DNA from: Octopus sinensis
Taxonomy: Eukaryota
Direction: 5' to 3'
Assembly: GCF_006345805.1 (NCBI RefSeq)
Contig: NC_043006.1
Location: 46,252,001 to 46,316,000, forward strand
Length of the DNA: 64,000 nucleotides
The notes below the pieces were generated by a model. That model had not been told where the DNA came from. It did not search any database and saw only the letters and a list, made by a program, of their open reading frames with translations. Shown piece by piece: positions 54,313 through 64,000 of the stretch (positions within the stretch are counted from its first letter, which is position 1; each line of letters opens with the position of its first letter). A program made the translations under genes and the position numbers.

Positions 54313-54559
54313 CACAAGTAAATATCGAAAGTAGATTCGAATTCATCATTCATAAGATGCTCGTTAAAATCATATCTCTTTCAATCATTTCGTTACATTT
54401 GACGGCCGATATTTACTATGAAAGGTGAAATCATTTTGTCAAGGAAGTGCGATTGGGCATAGGGTTAGGATTAGGGTGAGGCTATCGTCAATGATCATGT
54501 GGAACTTCATTATCACCGCCATCATCGTTTTCAGTGTCATAATCATGACTATCGTCTTG

Positions 54560-54693
54560 CTGTCGTTGTCATCCTCATCATCATCATCATCATCACCACC
54601 ATCACCACCATCATTTTCATTTTCATTTTCTTCTTCTTCTTCTTCTTCTTCTTCTTCTTCTTCTTCTTCTTCTTCTTCCCCATTTTTCTTTTT

Positions 54694-54724
<31 letters not shown>

Positions 54725-54900
54725 CATCATCATCACCATCATTTTCTTCCTCATTTTTCTTTTTTCATCATCATCATGATCGTCATCATTATCATGATCA
54801 TTATCACGATCATCATCATCATGATCATCATCACGATCATCATCATCATGATCATCATGATCATTATCATGATGATTATCATCATCATCTTCTTATTGTT
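54560..54900. repeat. Compound (CAT)n/(TTC)n tract
   Basis: Seen directly. Confidence 0.95.
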
Positions 54901-55032
54901 GCTGCTCACCTCTTCCTCCTCAACCTCTTCCACCCGCTTAACATGAACGTCGTAAATTATAGGATTTCTGTAGCATCGTCCCATAATTATGTCTTACGAA
55001 ACCTAATAATACCACGGGCCACTACGACTCAC

Positions 55033-55085
55033 AGAAAGGATGTTGCCTCCAGGGTTTCCACGCTCATCCGCCCTCAAAGTGCAAA
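55033..55085 (-). CDS. Candidate 53-nt internal exon xCTLRADERGNPGGNILS
   Basis: gtgttaacag acceptor and CT|GTGAGT donor; only one frame open. Confidence 0.25.
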
Positions 55086-55160
55086 CTGTTAACACTAGTA
55101 CAATAATAGTAACATGTCTAATGATGAGAAAATCTATATCCTGCCAACGTTATTTAAATA

Positions 55161-55211
<51 letters not shown>

Positions 55212-55215
55212 TAAA

Positions 55216-55251
<36 letters not shown>

Positions 55252-55268
55252 TAATAATAATAATAATG

Positions 55269-55312
<44 letters not shown>

Positions 55313-55314
<2 letters not shown>

Positions 55315-55562
55315 GTATGAATTAGCCCGGCTATGGAAAATGAAGAAGGTGAAGATAGTGTCAATTATTGTTGGGTCCTTGGGAACAGTATCAGAAGGCA
55401 TCAAGAAGAATATAAGGGAAATTTGAAATAGAGTGCCCATTAAAGCTGCTTCAAAAGACGTGTCTCTTTGGCACGGCCAGAATAATCAGGTAAGTATTAG
55501 ATAGCTGAAAAGAGCGAATAGCATGGAACCATAGGCTGCTGGTAGTAAGCCCGCTACACATG
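55313..55562 (+). mobile_element. R4/Dong-clade LINE 3' end following (AAT)n
   Basis: KYELARLWKMKKVKIVSIIVGSLGTV..., followed by a LLQKTCLFGTARIIR-like segment. Homologous to the 27742 copy. Confidence 0.75.
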
Positions 55563-56084
55563 CAACGACGACGAAAATGACGATGATGATGATGGGGACG
55601 ATGATGATGATAATGATTTCTTTATTAACTATGGAGACCAGAGATGACGGTAACATTTACAGTTATGTGTGGGGCCTTCCATAAATATAAGGGGATAGAA
55701 AGGGAAAGAGGGGTGAAATAAGATAAAAGCATATATGGTATACAAAATATGGGAACGCATAAATAATACAGTCCTCCTGATTCAGGATAACTTCCAACTA
55801 GGGCCAGCAAATGTACCCTACTGATCCAGAATCTTTCTAACCACCAAAAGTTCGAGTCCTCTTATAGTGTTGGTCTCCACACTACAGGCGCATGCGTAAA
55901 ATGGATCTATTTATCCTATGTATTTTTGCTGCGGTCACTCGTTTTTACAAATTCACCGGAAGAGAGCATTTCCCTCTCCACGTTCACTCACCTTTCCAAA
56001 TGAAAGTTATTAAAGCTGATGAAGGCTTGCCTAGTAAGTTTTCTTTCCTCGATACTTTTAGCTTCATCCACCACACAACCTCTT

Positions 56085-56830
56085 GCGATAGGTTTTAGAG
56101 AGGTGGTTGCCACCTGTCCCAAGGTAGGTGGTATCGTAACAACGACATTCCGAAATAAATCAACATAGCAAAAGTGCTCGGACACTTCACAAGTGATTGT
56201 ATCACGGCTTACTCGCTCTGCGCTCCCTTCAACCCAGCGGCACCTCCGTGCCTCTAGAGCTTACCTGAAACCAGCAATGTTCCCTTCCTACTCGGTAACA
56301 CTGGCAATTTAGGACTGATCCGTGTTAGTTTCCAGCCCTCAATTCTTCCGAAACGGATAGGTTAGTTCGCCCTCTTCGATGCCCAACGTTTCTCCGATCA
56401 CTCTTCACTCTTATCCTAAACTAAGTCTGTATATATTGCTAATGTAGAGCCTCTACCGACCGCATTTCTTGACTGGTAGAAGACGATGAGCGCCTCACGA
56501 CATCCCAGGTTCCAGGGTCCCTAATTTAGGAATAGGGCTAGCAATTTTGAGTGGAGGGTGAATGTTATTTGAATGTTATTTTCTCTTATCAACCCCAGAT
56601 GGATGACATGCAAGTTGACTTCGGTAGGATTTGAAATTAAAACGTTAAGTTTCCAAATGAATTGCAGCAAAATATTTTGTCCGACACTCTTACAAGAACA
56701 ATGACAGCCGTTCAAGAATTTGGACCTGGAGATCTCCATTTCCAGCGACTTCGAGGGCCACCTCTCAGTGGTGTCGGGCGTCAACGAAGATCCCTCGATT
56801 ACAACAACACGACCAAAGTTTTTTTCCTAA
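56085..56830 (-). mobile_element. Tx1/L1-clade LINE fragment, decayed
   Basis: Remnants resembling WQCYR..ALPVRDKLYRHG, QSE*AVIQSLVKCPS and GDLQV. Confidence 0.5.
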
Positions 56831-58579
56831 GGTCTGGGGTCTCCTGCCCCTATGCCCTAGACCATTACCTAATCACCCTTACCTGTCTTGTTGCTTAACA
56901 ACAACAAGAACAATGACAACAATAGCAGTAGCAATAACAACACCAACAATAACGACAATAACAACAATAATACCATTAACAATGGAAACATTAATGATAA
57001 TAGAAATAATCATATATAGCTCAATAGCAATATATATCTAATGTTACATTGTGAACTTGTATATCAGCGTAAAAGCACGTATATCGTGATAACAAAAGTG
57101 TCCATTTGACAATAACATATTTTCTATAGCAATAATATTTATTATTTTCAGTATCAGAATCTTAATATTTCGGCCACAGGGTTTTCAGTTCTAAATGTAA
57201 TGTAAGACGCTTAGAAGCCCCACCACATACATACCACCACCAAAACCAGTACCACCACCACCACCACCATCAACAACAGCAAGAACAACAGCTGCTACTA
57301 CTACTATCACTACTATTGCTGCTGCTGTAACAACATGTATAATGTTTTGCTGTGAGAAGCATTGTGGGCGTCGTCACTTACATGCCCCTTTTCTCAAGAC
57401 ATGGAGAAAAGTTAAGCGAGGGGTTAGCAATCAATTTTCATAGATTGAAAATGAAATCTGATACGCATCAGAAATGTATTAGGTCGGAGTGTTATGCAAT
57501 TCAGAATCAAGTGAAACATTGAAAGGCGACGAAGAAGAAGAAGAAGAAGGAGGAGGAGGAGGAAAATTTTGGCTAAAATTCTAAAGCCGTGACTCGATAA
57601 TATCACAAGAATGCAGACATTTCCATGTAGATTTCCAGTGACGCTCTGCGCTCGGAGTTCAAATCATACACAGCCAGCCTAATTGTTTTTCCCATCCATT
57701 CTGGTATCGATAAAACAGAAGTTTAGAATCACGTTAATTCGCTTTTCACTTTTTGGACGAAATTAGCAATGCTCAGATAAGGAACCTACGGTGTATAAAC
57801 CACGGCAAACTCTAAAATTTTGATGCGAAGCCATTATAACGTTTATGGTGGAATCATTTAATAATCGCATGGAATATAAACTACAGAAATTAGATCATTT
57901 GGAAGCGTCTCAGTGGATTTCAGACGAATATGAATTAAATATGTGATGATCCCGAAGACATTTCTTATTTCTTATTTTGTCTTTCATATTCCTATCTTCA
58001 CAAATCTATGGAAATGATTCTTGAAGATAAATATTATGTGCCAAGTTAAACTTAAGAAATGTAGAAGTCTTTATCTATCAAATGTCGGAGAGTGAATACA
58101 TATCGACTTCCGCCATATTGTTATTATATTTTTGATGCTCATGGAATATAACTTCAGTGTAACCATTTACAACTACGCAGATTTCAGAATGGACCAGCTC
58201 TTATCTCATCCTTGGCATTATACTGTATATGCAGCCCAAAAGGCATTATTCTGCTGCTTGGCTACATAGCTGTAGATACGTCTCGGAGCATAGTTGAAAG
58301 TTTAGGCACCTCTGTAAATAGATTAGTGTTTCACTGATTAACTGTGTTGTAGTACGTTCATTTTATGAGAATTGCAATAAAATAGGTTTTGGCCATACAG
58401 TCGTATGAGTTTGCACATATTTAGTATAACAATAACAGTACTACCACGATCACAGTACATAAGTAGAAAGCATATTTTATTTCACTTGTTAACACTTTCC
58501 CAGGTGAATGCGTAATAAGTCGTGTAGAAGAGTTGTAGTATACGTCCATTATTTATATATAGGTTCAACTTGATATAGT

Positions 58580-58830
58580 GGAGGCGCGTGACTTAGTGGT
58601 TAGGGTGTCAGCACCATGATCGTAAGATTGTGGTTTCGATTCCTGGACCTGGCGACGCGTTATGTTCTTAACCGAAACACTTCATTTCACGTTGGTCCAG
58701 TCCACTCAGCTGGCAAAAATGAGTAACGCTGCGATGGACTGGCATCCCGTCCAGCTGGGGAACACATACGCCATAGAAACCGGGAAACCGGGCCCATGAA
58801 CCTGGCTAGGATTTAAAAGGGCGCATTTAT
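58580..58830 (+). mobile_element. SINE C, tail variant 4 (V-domain-like) with 14-bp TSD
   Basis: ctgcgatggactggcatcccgtccag. TSD ttcaacttgatata at 58564-58577 and 58840-58853. Confidence 0.8.
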
Positions 58831-58861
58831 ATATTTTATTTCAACTTGATATACTTATCAT

Positions 58862-59080
58862 TTTCATTTACTTGTTTCAGTAATTTTACTGCGGCCAAAC
58901 TAGAGCACCGTCTTTAGTCGAACAAATCGACACTAGGACTTGTTCTTTGTAAGCCTAGGGCTTATTCAATCAGACTCTTGCTGTACTGCTAAGTTACGGG
59001 GACGTAAACACACCAAAGTCAGTTGTCAAGCGATGGTTGGGGGAACAAACACAGACACACAGACACACACACCCCTACAT

Positions 59081-59136
<56 letters not shown>

Positions 59137-59301
59137 GTGACTTCTTTCAGTTTCCATCTAACAAATCCACTCACAAGGCTTTGGACGGTCCAATGCTATT
59201 GTAGAAGTCACATGCCCAAGGTACCATGCAGTGCTGTGGAACTGAACCCGGGACCATGTGGTTGGGGAGCAAGCTTCTTACCAAACAGCCACGCCTGTGC
59301 C
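58862..59301 (-). mobile_element. SINE B
   Basis: Same modules. Confidence 0.85.
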
Positions 59302-60019
59302 TATGGAAAGCTGTATTAAGATTCTGTTTTATGGAAAACTTTAGGAAGTGGAGACATATACAAGTTAACATTAGCATGTGTGGTCATTGAATCGGACACA
59401 TTTAATTTACCTCATCAAACAAGATAAATAGGAATCTGATATTTCACAAAATTTAAAGAGGCATTGAAATGGCGGAATTTGTAAATAACATTTTATATCC
59501 TTTCATATCCCTACATTTCGGTTGATCGAATTTCAGCGTCAAGCATTAAAATCACTATACCTGGGAGAAATTACAATTATTTAATACAGGAAAACCACTA
59601 TTAGTTATTTAATATAGTGGTGCTTCGTAAGATGTAGCATAAATCTTTAGAATAGGCACCAGCGAGTATTCCAACTTCAATGGAAGATATCAATGCACAG
59701 CTGATAAATACAAGAAGGGAATGGCAAATTAGATGCATTCTGATTTGCTTAAAACTGAATGCTGGTAATTTAGATATTTGAAAAGAGAAAATCTCCAACA
59801 ATAGACATGTAATCATCAGATTTACATAATATCATGTAATACAGATTGAAGAATTAACGGATTACTTCTAAGAGTTATTACAAACGACTGCAGGGTGTAC
59901 GGGGTAGATCTAATTTTAGCTGGTCATAAATGGAAAACAACTTCACCTAATGTCAGCATGCTCCAAGTTTGAACTTTATCATTTCTCGTTTACATTTATA
60001 AAGATATGGACAACATAAT

Positions 60020-60285
60020 CGTAGCAAAACATAACAAAACGTATCTGACACCATGAACATAGCTAGACAGAGGAAAACAGAAAAACAGATCTGACAGCAT
60101 GAACATAGCAAAATAGAGAAAAACATATCTGACACCATGAACATAGCAAAACATAGCAAAACTTATCTGACATCATGAACATAGCAAAACAGAGCAAAAC
60201 ATAGAAAAACAGATCTGACAGCATGAACATAGCAAAATAGAGCAAAGTATAGCAAAGTATTTCTGACACCATGGATATAGCAATA
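60020..60285. repeat. Minisatellite: core tctgacaccatgaacatagc with variable 10-bp catagcaaaa subunits
   Basis: Six cores with variable spacing. Confidence 0.9.
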
Positions 60286-60299
60286 CATATGTGATACTA

Positions 60300-60800
60300 G
60301 AAATGGAACGAAACACCCTGATTGTGGCACTAGTTACAACTATGAAGCATCAAACGTTGGTTTCTTGTGCATCACTGTTACCTTCGTGTTCAGGATAAGG
60401 AACGATTTGAAGATTTCCAATGAAATGTGTATTTCTTGACCACCAAACGTCTTCAAAATGTTCGAACTCCAGCAGTATGGTTGAAACATCATCTACAACA
60501 ATTCAGCACATCGTTCGCGGATGTTGGTGGGCAGTTCCAGTGGCACAGCGCAGTATGGGAAATGTGGCTCAACTGAGATATCAGGTGCACATACTAACTG
60601 ATGAGGAAATTGCAGTTGATGACCTGCATGACAGAGCAAGTCGGTCAAACTATATGACCAAAAGCAACACACGGACTTATAGTTTTCTGGATTTGAAGTA
60701 ACAACTGGATTACTGCGTGTTGGGCATCGTTCAGACGGTTGAATTCATCGACATACTCAACGTCAAATGACACGTCCGGGGCTGACGCTCTATGTGTCAT
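60300..60800 (+). mobile_element. Possible very old maT-like transposase remnant
   Basis: Colinear weak similarity to the 5' half of the 52019 element (TLIVAL, FSD). Confidence 0.25.
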
Positions 60801-61155
60801 GTCTGCATGGACAGGATCGATCTAATCTGGACATATTGTCACCTCCAGCACACCACGCTTTTATTGAATGGTTGCTGTTTCCGGTGTTTCTATTAGAACG
60901 TATGGGATAATTCTTGTATTTTCAGTTCCCTGTTTTTTAAAATTTAGTTTTATTCTGGTGGAATTTTGCTGCCTGTACAGCGTAAAATCGTCTATTATTT
61001 TGCCTGATGAATACACATATATATATGCATATGTATGCATGCATATATGTGGGTATATATGTATCTATCTATATTTATGTATATAATTTATCCAAAACAC
61101 AAGTAAAAAACGTGAGAGCGTGGTACATGCAAATTATTAACAGACACTCAGGGTA

Positions 61156-61190
61156 GGTTTGCGTTTCGAGCAAAGCTCTTCTTCAGAAAC
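61156..61190 (-). ncRNA. Degenerate hammerhead motif (family H2)
   Basis: Reads GUUU-CUGAAGA-A-GAGC(uuu)GCUC-GAAA-CGC-AAAC; the cleavage-site region is mutated. Flanks resemble those of the 33738 copy (cgttggcgattttttcc upstream). Confidence 0.55.
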
Positions 61191-61304
61191 AGGAAACAGA
61201 GGAAAGTCCAAGAGAAAAAGAAGGCGGAGGAAAAAATCGCCAACGATCCTCATGTAGTTATATTATGAAACACACACACACACAGGCACTCACACACACA
61301 CACA

Positions 61305-61348
<44 letters not shown>

Positions 61349-62748
61349 GTATGTATGTATATACTCGACACTTTCGTCTCCTGAGACTTGAATTTTTGCA
61401 ACTTACTATCGATTAAATAGAGAAAAACTATATACTCCTGTATTAAGTTCTATTTCCCCTCTTGTCTTATCAATAGATAGATAGATATTCTTGAGTGGAC
61501 GGTACTAGAAAATGAAGGCCTTCGATGACATTTTGTAAAGACCTTTTCATATCACTTTAATGAGGCCTTCATTTTCCATGTATATTTTATACGCCAATTA
61601 ATATAATAATGAAAATATTTATGGTATTACACGGTAATGAAGAAATCGTCAATCCTACATTGATAATCACTAATTTATGTACAAACGTGGAAAATAATAT
61701 GCAGCCTGAAAACATTGTAGTTTATGTCAATATCTGCAATTCCCTATGATTGTACGCCAGAGTATAGAGTATTTGTATCTAAGCCTTTTCTTTTGTTTGG
61801 ATATTGTAAACGCAAGAGATATCGGACATTGGAAAAAGCTGGATTGATCGAGAGAGAAGAAGAACATGTAAGAGAGAAAGTGTGAGATAAAAGAAAGGAA
61901 GGCAGATACTGAATGAAACTTAGGAATGAGAGATAGAGCAAGAAAACAGCATTATACAATATGGTTAAGCTTTATTTTCATATAACATTTTATGTTAAGT
62001 AATATACGACAGGCTGCAATGAAAAATCATGTTTTCATTTTATAGAAATATATACGTTGTAATATTCAGAAATATTTGTATTTCATATCATGATACTGAA
62101 CGCAGTATGCAGTAATGTAGTATCCTGTTTCATAATATGATATTGCCGCATTTATTCATAATCCGATAGAGTTTCGATTTCCAGTAATCTCTGTATTTTA
62201 TACTATTTCACAGTTTTTTTTTAATCAACAGTTAGATTATTTCACAGCATGATATAAAGTGTTGTTTACAGTAATATGTACAACATATAATTTGATGCAG
62301 ATTGGAGTTTATATGAAATATTGACAACATTATCCAAATATCATATACATTGCAAGTTACAGGACATCGACCTCATGCTATCCAAGTATTTGATTATTAA
62401 CGTTTTTGTCTGCATCAAAACGTTAGTAACTAAATCAAGGCGATCTGAGAAACGTTGCTGCAGGATATAGTTATTTATTTCTAGCCCAAATAGATTAAAA
62501 GAAACTTCACTAAAACGGTCAGGCTTTTTTTCTCCTTTGCAATTGCATCGTGATAACGCTCTTCCGTGTAACGAGGTGTTTCCACTGAAACTGAGATGGC
62601 AATATAATCATGAACCTAACTTTTGCTTCGTGTAGCGTTACAAAAGACGTTTTTTTTTTAACTCTGAATCTGAAATAGTTTAAGTTCGTTTCTTCTACCT
62701 GCAAGTAGTTGTCCACTGTCCATCGTTGCCGCCATGCAGTCGAGGACT

Positions 62749-62861
62749 GGCTATGTCACGTTGAAAGCACCGGTTCACGTCCGATCACCGAAGTTAAGCA
62801 ACGTCGAGACTAGTTAGTACTTAGATGGGTGACCGCTTGGGAAACCTAGATGCTGTAAACA
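62749..62861 (+). rRNA. 5S rRNA-derived copy, probably a pseudogene
   Basis: cacgttgaaagcaccggttcacgtccgatcaccgaagttaagcaacgtcg...agtacttagatgggtgaccgcttgggaa...tgctgtaaac matches metazoan 5S including the internal control region. The first ~6 nt do not match and there is no oligo-T terminator. Confidence 0.85.
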
Positions 62862-62874
62862 TCACACATATAGG

Positions 62875-63076
62875 CGTAGGAGTGACTGTGTGGTAAGTAG
62901 CTTGCTTACCAACCACATGGTTCTGGGTTCAGTCCCACTGCGTGGTACCTTGGGCAAGTGTCTTCTACTATAGCTACTATAGCCTCAGGCCGACCAAAGC
63001 CTTGTGAGTGAATTTTGTAGACGGTAACTGAAAGAAGCCCGTCGTATATATGTATATATATATATTATATATATAT

Positions 63077-63145
<69 letters not shown>

Positions 63146-63360
63146 GTATATGTTTTTGTGTCTGTGTTTATCCCTCAAAAATCGCTTGACAACCGATGCT
63201 AGTGTGTTTACATCACCGTAACTTAGCGTTTCTGCAAAAGAAACCGATAGAATAAGTACTAGGCTTACAAAGAATAAGTCCTGGGGGTCGATTTGCTCGA
63301 CTAAAGGCGGTGCTCTTGCATGGCCACAGTCAAATGACTGAAACAAGTGAAAGAGTAAAA
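62875..63360 (+). mobile_element. SINE B, full length
   Basis: Same modules. Confidence 0.9.
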
Positions 63361-63544
63361 GTTGTTATTGACATTTTGTTTTGCAGCACTGTAACCATAT
63401 TTCATCTATATCCAATTATTCTTCATCCAGTAACTAGTACATCGACTTGGCTGACTCGTTCATAATAATATGGTGATATGAATTTAACACGTTATAAGAT
63501 GTGGTAACCAAATTTGCACTGATAGTATTGGGTGAGGCTAAATC

Positions 63545-63692
63545 GGTTACATCGACCCCAGTATTCAACTTATTTTATAGACTCTGAAAAGCAAAGTTGA
63601 CCTCGGTAGAATTTATCTCAGAATGTAAAAAAAAGGACGAAATACTGCTAAGCAGTTTTCTCAGTGCTCTAAAGATTATGCCAGCTCACCTT
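63545..63692 (-). mobile_element. SINE A, degraded
   Basis: atcgaccccagt...gcaaagttgacctcggtagaattt. Confidence 0.6.
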
Positions 63693-64000
63693 AATTTTCT
63701 CCCATGATATTAAAAGTAAGACAGATTTCTTGAATAAACAGGGAAGTCTCAACCAAATAGTACGAAACAGCACAGCTCCTTCGTCTACTATTGATAAATT
63801 AAAGCATATCCCATCGACAAACCGATTTCTTGTAAACTGTTGGGTCTTGTCTATATTCCTTTCGTGTTTGTTTCACCATCACTTCCATTTAACTATTATT
63901 AGTTTCTCATCTAATCGCACAAAGATAGGCTCTACATTTTGGAATGCAGCTGACACTAGCTTGGTGACTATGCCCAGGTTCTCCACTTTTTATTGAATCA

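Noticed and set aside
54459-54481. TTAGGG-like stretch
   Set aside because: Only about three imperfect units, too short to call an interstitial telomere.
58100-58330. Possible CR1 remnant (LGCIYS...) on the minus strand
   Set aside because: Similarity too short and decayed to support as a feature.
60020-60285. CRISPR-like array
   Set aside because: Eukaryotic context, spacers built from repeated subunits and no cas genes.

Overview
AT-rich, repeat-saturated metazoan non-coding DNA. It is most likely an octopus or other coleoid cephalopod; this is inferred from the SINE families and extreme microsatellite density, not from a database search. No host protein-coding gene can be identified with confidence. 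Most ORFs in the supplied track are microsatellite artefacts, and only a few low-confidence splice-flanked exon candidates remain. Supported content: three tRNA-derived SINE families in many copies (family A also in tandem concatemers); decayed LINE fragments (Tx1/L1, R4/Dong, RTE, L2/Crack-like); a Penelope GIY-YIG fragment; a deleted mariner nested in a Tx1 LINE; a decayed full-length maT/Tc1-type element; a piggyBac-like MITE; a 5S rRNA copy; and a near-perfect 328-bp palindrome. The most notable signal is a set of minimal type-I hammerhead ribozyme motifs from two sequence families: two with intact cores and four degenerate. One degenerate copy lies in an element with a tRNA-like Pol III head directly behind a Penelope ORF, suggesting a ribozyme-bearing, Penelope-associated SINE/retrozyme-like family.
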